DNA of 64,000 nucleotides from an uncultured Nitrospiraceae bacterium (GTDB taxonomy: Bacteria; Nitrospirota; Nitrospiria; Nitrospirales; Nitrospiraceae): NCBI GenBank assembly GCA_963846575.1, contig CAWJWJ010000002.1, positions 1,600,001 to 1,664,000 of the forward strand, given 5' to 3'. The notes under the pieces are model-generated. The model did no database searches and was not told the DNA's origin. It saw only the letters and a program-made list of their open reading frames with translations. The stretch's first letter is position 1, and every line of letters begins with the position of its first letter. Of the stretch, positions 10,295 through 20,348 are shown piece by piece. Both the position numbers and the translations under genes were made by a program.

Positions 10295-10365
10295 AGCACG
10301 GGCCAGGCGCGCCGGTTGTAATCAGAAATACGTGCGTGATAAGGCCGTTTGCCCATGGGGACAAG

Positions 10366-10381
10366 GGGCATAGGACTTGCT
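10366..10381 (+). promoter_or_regulatory. Sigma54 -24/-12 promoter of the TPR-fleS-fleR operon
   Basis: GGGCATAGGACTTGCT (GG-N10-GC). Confidence 0.7.
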
Positions 10382-10394
10382 GATTCGCCCCTCC

Positions 10395-12566
10395 GTGCAA
10401 CTCGCGGCTTTACCTCAACGATCAGTCTGGCTGCTCGCCATCCTCGCGCTTCTGCTCGGCGGAATGACAGCGCGTGGCTTGCCCTCCACCCGGGCAGCTG
10501 ATCTGCCCTCGCCGGCCCGGCCGGACATGCCGACCAGCCTCCCTGAACCTCCGGAACTGACTCGGGGAGCCCTACCGGACCAGGGACCCCGGTTCGAACG
10601 GCTGACCGAAAGCCCGGCCTGGAAGCAGTTTCAACAGGGAGTCGACTTATATTTCCAAGGCTACTTTGTCGAGGCCCGGCATCACTTCACCAACATGCTT
10701 CGAGAACATCGAGAACCGAAACTGGCGTCCGCAATTCAGGCATTTGTCGCGGAAAGTACCTTGAAGATCAGCGGACAGGACATCCGGCCAGTCGAAATCA
10801 TCGAGCTGTATCAGACCTTGCTGAGGGAGGATCCCCATTCCACTAACGCCAAACGCGCGGCCTGGAGAATCGGTGACGTCTATCGCGGGGAGGGCTGGTA
10901 TCAGGAAGCGCAGATTGCCTATCAACATGCCCTCGGGCTCTCCGATCAGGATTCCTACGATGCCACGCGGGCCCTGCTCGGGCTGGGTTACGCCTTCCGT
11001 GGCATCAACAAGTGGAAAGACAGTGTGCAGACTTTCGACAATGTGTTGAAGCGGACCACCGACCCGAGCCTGCTGGCGTTCGCCTCGCTGGGACAAGCCC
11101 ATAGCCTCTATCGATTGGGACGTATCAAGGACGCTGACCAGTTATACGAAGGTGTCGCCGCTCGATGGCCCACGGTCTTTCGAAGGGACCCCTATGCGCT
11201 GTTACGGTATGCGGATACTGCCGGCGAAGCGCATCGCCCTGCCGTCATGCGGGAACAACTCCTCCGGTTTTATAATCTCTATCCCTCCAGGCCGGAAAAT
11301 CCCCAGGTGTTGGCGCATGTTGCGGATAGTTATCAAGAGGCCGGCCGATGGGAAGAGGCGAGCCTGTTTTACGCCGCCCTGGTAAATCAGTACCCCGCGG
11401 CGCCTGTCGCGGCCATGGCCAAGCTGCGGTACACGGCGGTCCAGGAGCACCTCGACCCGGAAGACGGGATGGTCAACCTTCGTCAAACAGTGACCGCCAG
11501 GCTTTCGAACATTCCCATGGCACCGGGCGAGTCTCTGCGTCCGGTCGAGCTATTTGAACAGAGCGCACGGCAATATGACGACTCCCCGGTCGGCAGCGAG
11601 GCGTTGTTTCATCTTGCCCGGACCTTTGAGCGGGCGGAAAAACGCGAGGAGGCGCTGGCGGCCTACGAACGATTGGTGCTGCGAGCCGGAAAAATCGAGA
11701 ACGACCCCTGGCCCGAAAAAGGCGGGGCGCAGCTCGTCAGATTTCTGCGCCCCCGCCTCGAGGCGGCGGTAAAGGCTCGGGACGACTTCGAGACCATCAG
11801 CGCCTTTCATCGACATGGTCCCATGGCCGACGGTCTTTACGCAGGCACCGATCTGCTGCTCAACATCGCCGATGCCCACCAGCGGCTCGGTTTTCCCGGC
11901 GAGGCTGCCCGTCTGTACCAGGCGCTGATCCGGGACCCGAAAGCCGAATCATTCCATGAAGTGGCGATCATCGAACTCGGCCATAGTTACCTTGAGCAGA
12001 AAGACTGGCGCGCGGCCCGCTCCGTCTTCGAACGGTATCGTCTGCAATTTCCGGTCGGCCGATTCGGCGCGGATGCGGTGTTGGGAATTTTGACCTCGCT
12101 GGGAGGGGAGGGGCATGTGGCCGCACTGATTAAGTTAGGCCACCAGTGGTTGCGGCATCATCCACGTCATGCCGACCGTCTCCCGGTTCTCCTGAAGATG
12201 GCCGACGCCTTCGGACAGGCCAAACAGTATGGTGAAGCGGCGGCGCTCTACGACGAGATGCTGAAGGCCGGCATGACCTTGCCGGCCGTGCACGTGATCC
12301 GTCACGCCGATGCCCTGGTCCATCTGAACCGCCCTCAACCGGCCCTGTCTTTCTACAAACAGGCCTTGGCCGAAGGCCTTCCGCCGGAATATGAAACCTG
12401 GGCGCAGTTTCAGGTGGTCCGGTTGGCCCGCCATGCCAAACGGCAGGATCTGGCCCAGAGGGGCCTACGCGCACTCAGCGAACATCCCGACAGCCTCGTC
12501 CGACGCATGGCCGCCGTCGTGCAGAGCGACCAGGCGCGACCTGCGACACCGCCAGGAAATCGATGA
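10395..12566 (+). CDS. Large exported tetratricopeptide-repeat protein in the flagellar regulatory operon
   Basis: Hydrophobic N-terminal signal followed by many TPR-like helical repeats; start uncertain (TTG 10377 overlaps the sigma54 site, so GTG 10395 is used). Confidence 0.8.
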   Translation: MQLAALPQRSVWLLAILALLLGGMTARGLPSTRAADLPSPARPDMPTSLPEPPELTRGALPDQGPRFERLTESPAWKQFQQGVDLYFQGYFVEARHHFTNMLREHREPKLASAIQAFVAESTLKISGQDIRPVEIIELYQTLLREDPHSTNAKRAAWRIGDVYRGEGWYQEAQIAYQHALGLSDQDSYDATRALLGLGYAFRGINKWKDSVQTFDNVLKRTTDPSLLAFASLGQAHSLYRLGRIKDADQLYEGVAARWPTVFRRDPYALLRYADTAGEAHRPAVMREQLLRFYNLYPSRPENPQVLAHVADSYQEAGRWEEASLFYAALVNQYPAAPVAAMAKLRYTAVQEHLDPEDGMVNLRQTVTARLSNIPMAPGESLRPVELFEQSARQYDDSPVGSEALFHLARTFERAEKREEALAAYERLVLRAGKIENDPWPEKGGAQLVRFLRPRLEAAVKARDDFETISAFHRHGPMADGLYAGTDLLLNIADAHQRLGFPGEAARLYQALIRDPKAESFHEVAIIELGHSYLEQKDWRAARSVFERYRLQFPVGRFGADAVLGILTSLGGEGHVAALIKLGHQWLRHHPRHADRLPVLLKMADAFGQAKQYGEAAALYDEMLKAGMTLPAVHVIRHADALVHLNRPQPALSFYKQALAEGLPPEYETWAQFQVVRLARHAKRQDLAQRGLRALSEHPDSLVRRMAAVVQSDQARPATPPGNR

Positions 12567-13822
12567 ACATGCCGTTGCCGGATCCCGATCAATCCAAAAA
12601 CGATTTACTCACGCGTGCCTTCCGCGATTTCGATCAGGCGGCCACCGTGTTGCAGCAATCGTATGATGCCTTGACGACCAGGCTCCAGCAGATGGATCTC
12701 GAACTGGCTCAAACCAATGCCAGTCTTCGTGAGCATCTCCGGGAGACCGAGGAAATGCGCGCCCACGTCACGGCCGTGCTGGAATCGTTGGATACGGGGG
12801 TCATTGTCGCCGATTCCCAGGATCTGGTCACGCGCTGCAATCACTCGACCGAGCGCCTGTTGGGAATCTCGCAGGCAGAACTCCAAGGACGGCGCGCCAC
12901 CGAGATACTCGCAGAGATCCGGAAAGATCACGGGGAGTACCCCCTGATTCTTCACAGCGGCATTGCGATTTCCCTTTCCCAGACCGACCTGACTGATGCG
13001 TCGGGAACCCTGATCGGCAAGTTAGTCCTGATCCATGACGTCACGCGCGTCCGGCAGCTCGAAGATCGCCTGCAGCGGCGCAACCGGTTGGAGGCAATGG
13101 GACAGATGGTGGGGTGCATCGCGCATGAAATCCGTAATCCTCTCGGAAGCGTCGAACTCTTCGCCTCGCTCCTGCGCAAAGATCTGCGCGACCAGCCGGA
13201 ATTGAAAACCTATGCTGAACATATCTCCATGGCGGTGCAGTCGATGGACCGCCTCCTGTCCAACCTGCTGGTGTACACCAAACCCGATTGTTCCAACGCG
13301 GCGTGGCAGGGGACCGAGTCCCTGATTCAGGGCGTGCTCACTCTCGCGTCCCACGCGACCGCAGCGGCCTCTATCCAGATTCGTTGTCATGTCGATCCTC
13401 AGGTACCCAGCCTGTGGTGCGATGGCGGGAAAATGAACCAGATCCTGCTCAACCTGGTGCTCAATGCCGTCCAGGCCATGCCCGAGGGCGGCATCCTGAC
13501 TATCGCCGCCACCGTCGCCCCGCCCCCGATTTCGGATGTCCCTGCCGTTCAACTCACCGTCAGCGACACGGGCATCGGCATTCCGACCGAACTGCAGTCT
13601 CGTGTATTCGATCCGTTCTTTACGACCAAAGATCACGGAACCGGGCTCGGGCTCGCCATCGTGCATGCGTTGGTCGAAGCGCATCACGGGCGCATCGACG
13701 TCGAAAGTCATGTGGGGCGAGGCACATCGTTTGTCATGACATTACCACGAGGGCCGGTCCGGACCGCCTCGATCGCGGCCGAGGCTATCGCTGTTCGATC
13801 GGTGACGCCCGTCGGATCATGA
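12563..13822 (+). CDS. Cytoplasmic PAS histidine kinase, FleS/FlrB-like
   Basis: Coiled coil and PAS, H-box IAHEIRNPLGS, NLVLNAVQAM, FFTTK, GTGLGL; adjacent to the FleR-like regulator. Confidence 0.88.
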   Translation: MNMPLPDPDQSKNDLLTRAFRDFDQAATVLQQSYDALTTRLQQMDLELAQTNASLREHLRETEEMRAHVTAVLESLDTGVIVADSQDLVTRCNHSTERLLGISQAELQGRRATEILAEIRKDHGEYPLILHSGIAISLSQTDLTDASGTLIGKLVLIHDVTRVRQLEDRLQRRNRLEAMGQMVGCIAHEIRNPLGSVELFASLLRKDLRDQPELKTYAEHISMAVQSMDRLLSNLLVYTKPDCSNAAWQGTESLIQGVLTLASHATAAASIQIRCHVDPQVPSLWCDGGKMNQILLNLVLNAVQAMPEGGILTIAATVAPPPISDVPAVQLTVSDTGIGIPTELQSRVFDPFFTTKDHGTGLGLAIVHALVEAHHGRIDVESHVGRGTSFVMTLPRGPVRTASIAAEAIAVRSVTPVGS

Positions 13823-13847
13823 GCACAACTGAAGAGGAGAGCTACCC

Positions 13848-15269
13848 ATGAGCGTGCAACAGGCTGTGCAGGGACCGTCCACCTCATCCGAGGACGTGCG
13901 GACCGTCTTGATTGTCGATGACGAGCCGTCAATGCGTGCGGCCTTGTCGGAGACCGTCCGGCGGCTGGGCTATCAGGTGCGCGGCGCGATCGACGGTGCC
14001 GATGCCCTCGACCAGATGGAACGTCTCAAGCCGTGGCTGGTGGTCACGGATCTGAAAATGCCGCGATTGAACGGCCTGGACCTGGTCAGGGCCATCAAGC
14101 AGAAAGCTCCCCAGACATTCATCATCCTCATGACCGCCTATGGCACCGTCGAGACCGCCGTGGAAGCGATGAAATACGGCGCGAACGATTATATTTTGAA
14201 GCCCTTTTCCACTGATCTGCTGGAGCGAGTCATCCTGAACCTGCAGGCCACCACCGCCGTGGACGAGGACCAGGACGGGCCGGCCACGCTGGAAGCCCGG
14301 GCAATCCTGACCCAGGATCCCGGTATGGTCCGCCTGCTGACGACGTTGGAAGGCGTCGCGGCCAGCCAGGCCACGGTCCTGATCAGCGGCGAGAGCGGGA
14401 CGGGCAAGGAGTTGCTGGCTCGCTACATCCACGCGCGCAGCCCCCGCGCCCATCGTCCGTTCGTGGCGTTGAACTGCGCGGCGCTTCCCGACAGTCTGCT
14501 GGAGAGCGAGCTCTTCGGGCATGAACGAGGCGCCTTTACGGGAGCGATTCAGAAAAAGCTGGGCAAGTTCGAGATGGCCCATACCGGCACGTTGTTTCTC
14601 GACGAAATTAGCGAAATGAATCTGGGACTGCAGGCCAAACTGCTGCGCGTGCTGCAAGAGCGCGAGGTGGATCGGATCGGCGGCCGGGAACCGGTGCCGG
14701 TCAATATCCGCGTCATCGCCACGACCAATCGCTCGCTCTACCATGAAGTGACTCAGGGACGGTTCCGGGAGGATCTGTTTTATCGGTTGAATGTGTTTCC
14801 TGTCACCGTGCCGCCGCTTCGCGAACGGCCGGGGGATATTCCGCTCCTGGCACGTCACTTTCTCCGCACCTCCGCACAACGCAATGGCCTCGTGATGCCG
14901 ACCTTGTCCGAGCGCGCCGTGGCGGATCTCCAATGCCGGCCCTGGAAAGGCAATGTCCGCGAACTGGAAAACGTGATGGAACGCGCCATCCTGGTGGCCG
15001 GCGGAGCAGCCGTGGATGTACACCACCTGATGCCGGGCGATGGGACGGTCCTGGTGCGGGAGGCGGAATCGGTCGCGTTGCCCCTTCCGCCGTCGGCGCA
15101 CGGCTCGCTGTGGGAAATGGAGCGGGACCTCATTTTCAAGACATTGGCCCGCGTCAAAGAAAATAGAACCCACGCCGCCAAGGAATTGGGAATCAGCATT
15201 CGCACCTTGCGCAACAAACTGCGGGAATACCGGGGCATGGGGTATCCGGTGGAAGCCGAAAAATCCTGA
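13848..15269 (+). CDS. Sigma54 response regulator, FleR/FlrC-like
   Basis: [38 protein letters not shown]; immediately upstream of flgB. Confidence 0.9.
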   Translation: MSVQQAVQGPSTSSEDVRTVLIVDDEPSMRAALSETVRRLGYQVRGAIDGADALDQMERLKPWLVVTDLKMPRLNGLDLVRAIKQKAPQTFIILMTAYGTVETAVEAMKYGANDYILKPFSTDLLERVILNLQATTAVDEDQDGPATLEARAILTQDPGMVRLLTTLEGVAASQATVLISGESGTGKELLARYIHARSPRAHRPFVALNCAALPDSLLESELFGHERGAFTGAIQKKLGKFEMAHTGTLFLDEISEMNLGLQAKLLRVLQEREVDRIGGREPVPVNIRVIATTNRSLYHEVTQGRFREDLFYRLNVFPVTVPPLRERPGDIPLLARHFLRTSAQRNGLVMPTLSERAVADLQCRPWKGNVRELENVMERAILVAGGAAVDVHHLMPGDGTVLVREAESVALPLPPSAHGSLWEMERDLIFKTLARVKENRTHAAKELGISIRTLRNKLREYRGMGYPVEAEKS

Positions 15270-15387
15270 TGGTACGGCTCATGGGACTGGGCAAATTTTT
15301 CCCTGGAAGCGTCATCCTTGCCGGGCGCCGCGGCCGCTGGCAAGACCTTGGGCTCCTCACTCAGTTCGCACCCTCGCCGCGAGAGCG

Positions 15388-15403
15388 CGGTATACAGATT
15401 GCA
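15388..15403 (+). promoter_or_regulatory. Sigma54 promoter of the flgB operon
   Basis: CGGTATACAGATTGCA (GG-N10-GC); enhancer box GGGCAAATTTTTCCC at 15289. Confidence 0.7.
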
Positions 15404-15444
15404 TTTTCGTATGGCCGGTCCCAACAAGCCCAGGAGTTATCACG

Positions 15445-15852
15445 ATGACTATTTTTGACCGGACCATGCAATTGCTCGAGCGTTCGCTGGACCTCCGGGG
15501 GGCGAGGCAACAGGTCATTGCGGCGAACATCGCCAACGAAGAAACCCCAAAATATCGGGCGACGGATCTCAATTTCGGACAGGCCCTGGCCAACGCGCAA
15601 CGCGGCAAGCTTCCCATTACCCTGGCCTCCACGAACCAGCACCATATCGGCCCGAAGGGGTCCGGCTATCAGCAGGTGGTGGGGCGAGTCGAGGAGGTCC
15701 CCGCGGCAGACATGCCCTTGGACGCCAATAGCGTCAACATCGAACTCGAAATGGCCAAGATGTCCGATAACGCCCAGCAGTACAACACGGCGGCGACGAT
15801 CATCGGGATGCGATTCAAGCAATTGATGACGGCGATCCGCGAAGGACGGTAA
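15445..15852 (+). CDS. flgB: Flagellar basal-body rod protein FlgB
   Basis: RQQVIAANIANEETPKYRATD, DANSVNIELEM; AGGAG RBS before ATG 15445. Confidence 0.95.
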   Translation: MTIFDRTMQLLERSLDLRGARQQVIAANIANEETPKYRATDLNFGQALANAQRGKLPITLASTNQHHIGPKGSGYQQVVGRVEEVPAADMPLDANSVNIELEMAKMSDNAQQYNTAATIIGMRFKQLMTAIREGR

Positions 15853-15915
15853 GGGTGAGGCCGTGAGGCGGCGCCCGGGTTTGACAGCCAAGAACTTTCA
15901 ACGAAGAGGTGCGTG

Positions 15916-16365
15916 ATGGATATGACGGATAGTCTCGCAGTGTCGGTTTCCGCGCTGGATGCTCACCGGCATCGATTGAATGTCATCGCCAGCAACCTCG
16001 CCAATGCCCAGTCCACGAAGACCAATACCGGCGGCCCCTACCGGCGCAGGGACGTGGTGTTCCAGGCGACCCCGGTCACATCGCCGTTTCAGCGGGCCTT
16101 CAAACAGGTCAGCAGCGGCCCGGGCCGGCATGCCCTGGATGGAGTCAAAGTAGCCAGGGTCATTGAAGACCAAAGGCCCGGACAGACCGTCTACGATCCC
16201 CGGCACCCCGACGCGGACAAAAAGGGGTTTGTCACGATGCCGAACGTGAACGTCATGGAAGAAATGGTCAATATGATCGGGGCCTCCCGAGCCTACGAGG
16301 CCAACGTCCAGGCGATTAACGCGACCCGTACCATGTGGAACCGGGCCCTGGAGATCGGGAGGTAA
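15916..16365 (+). CDS. flgC: Flagellar basal-body rod protein FlgC
   Basis: NVIASNLANAQST, GGPYRRRDVVF, YDPRHPDAD, EEMVNMIGASRAYEAN. Confidence 0.97.
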   Translation: MDMTDSLAVSVSALDAHRHRLNVIASNLANAQSTKTNTGGPYRRRDVVFQATPVTSPFQRAFKQVSSGPGRHALDGVKVARVIEDQRPGQTVYDPRHPDADKKGFVTMPNVNVMEEMVNMIGASRAYEANVQAINATRTMWNRALEIGR

Positions 16366-16367
16366 TC

Positions 16368-16682
16368 ATGGCCGATCTGCGTATCGCGGGAGCAAACCTG
16401 CCGGGCGCGATCAACATTCCTGAGATCCATGCGCCCGGCCAAAGCGGCGAGGCCGGGGCGGCGGGCAATTTCATGGGGTCCCTCAAGGAGGCGATCAGCC
16501 ATATTAATGACGCCCAATCCGGCGCGAGCCAAGCGGTTGACGCATTGGTGACCGGACAGACCACCAATATCCATCAGACCATGGTGGCCCTGCAGCAGGC
16601 CGATGTGTCATTTCAGTTGATGATGCAGGTGCGGAACAAACTGGTGTCGGCGTACGAAGAAATCCAGCGCATGCAAATTTAG
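16368..16682 (+). CDS. fliE: Hook-basal body protein FliE
   Basis: QVRNKLVSAYEEIQRMQI C-terminus. Confidence 0.95.
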   Translation: MADLRIAGANLPGAINIPEIHAPGQSGEAGAAGNFMGSLKEAISHINDAQSGASQAVDALVTGQTTNIHQTMVALQQADVSFQLMMQVRNKLVSAYEEIQRMQI

Positions 16683-16730
16683 CGGCGGTTCATCGTCCCG
16701 CGATATCGCGAATAAAGGATTCGGCCTCCT

Positions 16731-18290
16731 ATGTTTTCGAAATTCAGCCAGTTCACGATCAATCAGCGCTTCATCATCCTGCTCGCGCTCGCAGGCTCCA
16801 TCGCAGGGCTGGTGGCGGTCACGCTGTGGACGCAGCAACCGGATATGCAGGTCCTCTTCGCGAACCTGGCGGTCGACGATGCGTCGGGGATCATCGATAA
16901 GCTGAAGGATGCGAAGGTGCCGTACGAAACGACCAACGGCGGCACCACGATTCTGGTGCCGAACGCGCAAGTACACGATCTGCGTCTGGAAATGGCCGGT
17001 CACGGGCTCCCTCACGGAGGAGGGGTGGGGTATGAAATTTTTGACCGGACCACGATGGGCATGTCTGACTTCGTGCAGAAACTGAATTATCGCCGGGCCT
17101 TGCAAGGCGAGTTGGCCCGGACTATTACGCAGATGCCGCAGGTCGAGCGGGCCCGCGTGCACTTGGCAATTCCCGAACGACGCCTGTTTGCCACGGAACA
17201 GGATCGTGCCCGCGCGTCCGTGGTGGTGTCGCTGCGCGCCAGTCAAACGTTGTCCAAAGCGCAGATTCAGGGGGTGGTCCATCTCGTATCCAGCAGCGTC
17301 GAAGGCCTCCAGGCGCGGGACGTCACCGTCGTCGACGGCCTTGGCAATCTGCTCTCCAATAGCTCGAGTGACGAATCGGCAGGGCTGTCAGGGACCCAGA
17401 TGGAATACCAGCGGACCTTGGAGAAGGATATCGAGACCAGGATTCAGACGATGCTGGAGCGCATCGTCGGAGTGAACAAAGCGGTCGTCCGCGTCTCGAG
17501 CGTCCTGGATTTCAGAAAAATCGAAACGACCGAGGAGCGCTACGATCCGAACGGGCAGGTGGTTCGGAGCGAACAACGCGGGCAGGAGCGATCCAGCGGC
17601 GTGAACGGGATCTCCGGCGGGGTGCCGGGAGTCGAATCGAACGTGCCGGGAGGCACGGAAGTCGATGGCGGCGGCCAAACCAGTTCGAACAACAATCAGA
17701 CCAAGAACGAAACCGTCAATTACGAGATCAGCCGGACGGTCTCACGGATCGTGGAACCGACCGGGACTATCAAGAAGTTGTCGGTGGCGGTCCTGGTGGA
17801 CGGGACCTATGAGGCAGCCAAGGCCGGGGAGGCGGCGGCAGATCAGCCGAAGAAGTACGTGCCACGCTCCGAAGAGGAGGTGAAACGGATTGAGGACATC
17901 GTCAAGAAGGCCATGGGGTATTCGAGCGAACGGCAGGATCAGGTGGAAGTCGTGAGCATACAGTTCGGCCTCGGGCCGGAGGAGCCGGTCGGCGCCGCCG
18001 TCGAAGCCACGCCGGACCCGAGCAAACTCTGGATGCCATACGTCCGGTATGCCGTGGGCGGCGTCCTGTTCTTCCTGATCCTCTTCATGGTGGTGCGCCC
18101 TCTCATGACGATGTTAGTGAGTTCGGCGCCGGCCGCGGTCCCGAACGAGACACCCGCGCTGCCGGCTTCGGTCGGGCAAGTCGAAGCCGCCATCAGCGGC
18201 AGACAACCCTCCCAGATTCTCGACATGGCGAAGAACAATCCCGCCAATACCGCCGTGGTCGTCAAGCAATGGTTAAAGAGTAACGCGTAA
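16731..18290 (+). CDS. fliF: MS-ring protein FliF
   Basis: Two TM segments; GVGYEIFD, RALQGELARTI, ARVHLAIP, KLSVAVLVDG. Confidence 0.97.
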   Translation: MFSKFSQFTINQRFIILLALAGSIAGLVAVTLWTQQPDMQVLFANLAVDDASGIIDKLKDAKVPYETTNGGTTILVPNAQVHDLRLEMAGHGLPHGGGVGYEIFDRTTMGMSDFVQKLNYRRALQGELARTITQMPQVERARVHLAIPERRLFATEQDRARASVVVSLRASQTLSKAQIQGVVHLVSSSVEGLQARDVTVVDGLGNLLSNSSSDESAGLSGTQMEYQRTLEKDIETRIQTMLERIVGVNKAVVRVSSVLDFRKIETTEERYDPNGQVVRSEQRGQERSSGVNGISGGVPGVESNVPGGTEVDGGGQTSSNNNQTKNETVNYEISRTVSRIVEPTGTIKKLSVAVLVDGTYEAAKAGEAAADQPKKYVPRSEEEVKRIEDIVKKAMGYSSERQDQVEVVSIQFGLGPEEPVGAAVEATPDPSKLWMPYVRYAVGGVLFFLILFMVVRPLMTMLVSSAPAAVPNETPALPASVGQVEAAISGRQPSQILDMAKNNPANTAVVVKQWLKSNA

Positions 18291-18299
18291 TCGATCGCG

Positions 18300-19298
18300 A
18301 TGATAAATAAAGAACTCACGGGTGCGCAGAAGGCTGCGATTCTGTTACGGGCAATGGGGGAGGAGGCTGCCGCGAGCGTCATGAAGGCGCTTGATCCGAA
18401 GGATATCCGCAAACTCGGCTCCTTCATGAAGGAGACGGCGAACATCACCAAGCAGGAAGAAGAGAGCGTGATCGCCGAATTCGAGAAGGCGAGTTCCTCC
18501 GGAGAAGTGCAGTTCGAGGGGCGGGAGTTCATGGAAGCCATCCTGAAAAAAGCCCTGGGACCGGAAAAGGCCGCCCGGATGCTGGATTCCTTGAACACAA
18601 AAACCTATCCCGGAATCGACGCGTTGAAATGGGTCGACCCTCGCACCGTGGCGCAAATCCTCAAAATCGAACATCCTCAGACCATCGCGGTCTGTCTCGG
18701 ACAAATGGAGGCGGAGCAAGCCAGCGCGGTCCTGGGGCTGCTGCCGGTGCACTTGCATGCGGATGTCTCGCTGCGCCTGGCCACCATGCAGGAGGTGCAG
18801 CCCGACGTGCTGGCGGAATTGAGCGAGAGCCTGCAGGAGATCCTGGCGGCCTCGATGGGTATGTCCAGCATGACGGTCGGCGGGACCGAACTGATGGCCA
18901 ATATCCTCACGCGAGTCGACAAGACCACCGAAGGCGCCATCATGGCGAAAATCTCCGAACACGATCAGACCCTGGCGGACAGCATCCGGGCCCTGATGTT
19001 CGTCTTCGACGACCTGATCGAGCTGGATTCCCGTGGCATGCAGGAACTGATGAAGGAGATCAGCAAGGAAGATCTGCCGATCGCGTTGCGCGGCGCCACC
19101 CCGGAGATGCGAGACAAATTTCTCAGCAATATGTCCAGCCGCGCGGCGGAGATGCTCAAGGAAGACATGGAAGCCCGCGGACCGGTCAAGGTGTCGGATG
19201 TGGAGAAATCCCAGCAGAACATTCTCAAGGTCTGTCGAAAGCTGGAAGAGGAGGGCCGTATCGTAGTCGGTGGCGGCGCGGGGGAGGAACTGTTGTAG
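18300..19298 (+). CDS. fliG: Motor switch protein FliG
   Basis: LTGAQKAAILL, EHPQTIA, MFVFDDL, NMSSRAAEML. Confidence 0.97.
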   Translation: MINKELTGAQKAAILLRAMGEEAAASVMKALDPKDIRKLGSFMKETANITKQEEESVIAEFEKASSSGEVQFEGREFMEAILKKALGPEKAARMLDSLNTKTYPGIDALKWVDPRTVAQILKIEHPQTIAVCLGQMEAEQASAVLGLLPVHLHADVSLRLATMQEVQPDVLAELSESLQEILAASMGMSSMTVGGTELMANILTRVDKTTEGAIMAKISEHDQTLADSIRALMFVFDDLIELDSRGMQELMKEISKEDLPIALRGATPEMRDKFLSNMSSRAAEMLKEDMEARGPVKVSDVEKSQQNILKVCRKLEEEGRIVVGGGAGEELL

Positions 19299-20348
19299 AT
19301 GGGCACCATCGCCATGCGCGTGCCGTCGGCGGTCTCGCCCCCTCCGGCGCCCGAGAAGGAACTCGCACCGCGCGCCGTGCTGATCGTGGACGACGAGCCG
19401 GCCATCTGTTTGCTGCTGACGGAAATGCTGCGCTCCACCGGTCATCCCGTCCTTACCGCAAGCTCGGCGGAAGAGGCCCTCACGCAGTTGCGTACGCGAC
19501 CGGTGGCGGTCCTGATCGTCGATGTGCAATTGGCCACCAGTGATGGAATCGATTTCCTGGAACGAGCCCTGGATGTCGATAGCCGCGTTCTGAGCATCGT
19601 GATGACCGGGCATGCCAACATCGAGCTGGCCGTCCGCGCCATGAAGGCCGGGGCGGCCGATTTTCTGACCAAACCTTTCCAGATTGAACTGGTGCACCTG
19701 GCCGTCTCCCGCCTTTTGGAGCTCTACCGCCTGCGCCAGGAAAATACCGTGCTGACCCGCAGCCTGATCCGTTCCGGCAACATTCAGTTACGCACCGTAC
19801 CGTTGGCGGACTTCAGCCGGGGGAACCGGTTGTTCGGAACCGACGATGCCACGGAGTTCGAACGGGGAGTCGCGGAAGGGGAAAAGCGCGTGACCGAGCG
19901 GGTTTCGGCCATGCGGCAGAAAGAGCAGGCCCTGGTGGCGGCGCTCATGGGACAATTGGAAGACACCTGGCGCGGGCTGCACGATACGGTGGAAGAGGAG
20001 GTCGCCTCGTTAGCCTTCATGATCGCGCAAAAGGTGCTGCGGGATTTCGTCGCCGATCGCCGCGACGTCATCGTGGCGCAGGTACGGGCGGCCCTCGCCC
20101 ATCTCCACGAAAGCGGGCTCGTGCGGATCCGGATCCATCCCTCCGACCTCCCGGTGTTGGAGTCCGCCCGAACGGCATTGAGCCAAACTCCGCACGGTCT
20201 GCTGAGTTTAAAATTCGAAACCGATCCGGGCATCAGCCCGGGAGGTTGCCTCGTGCACGCCTCCAGCCTGCTGATCGATGCCACTCTGGACACGCAGCTG
20301 CTGCGCCTCGGTGAAGCGTTGCGAAAGCGAGAAACCGGTGAAGCTTAG
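19299..20348 (+). CDS. fliH: Receiver (REC) domain fused to flagellar assembly protein FliH
   Basis: N-terminal LIVDDEP..LIVDVQL..MTGH..FLTKPF receiver; C-terminal ERGVAEG, IRIHPSDL, DPGISPGGC FliH motifs; located between fliG and fliI. Confidence 0.88.
   Translation: MGTIAMRVPSAVSPPPAPEKELAPRAVLIVDDEPAICLLLTEMLRSTGHPVLTASSAEEALTQLRTRPVAVLIVDVQLATSDGIDFLERALDVDSRVLSIVMTGHANIELAVRAMKAGAADFLTKPFQIELVHLAVSRLLELYRLRQENTVLTRSLIRSGNIQLRTVPLADFSRGNRLFGTDDATEFERGVAEGEKRVTERVSAMRQKEQALVAALMGQLEDTWRGLHDTVEEEVASLAFMIAQKVLRDFVADRRDVIVAQVRAALAHLHESGLVRIRIHPSDLPVLESARTALSQTPHGLLSLKFETDPGISPGGCLVHASSLLIDATLDTQLLRLGEALRKRETGEA

Noticed and set aside
15040..15444. Long N-terminal extensions given by the ORF track for flgB (also fliK, fliL, fliI, HD-GYP and the ColD-like gene)
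   Set aside because: They overlap upstream genes or promoters; most of the downstream starts have an RBS and they match family lengths
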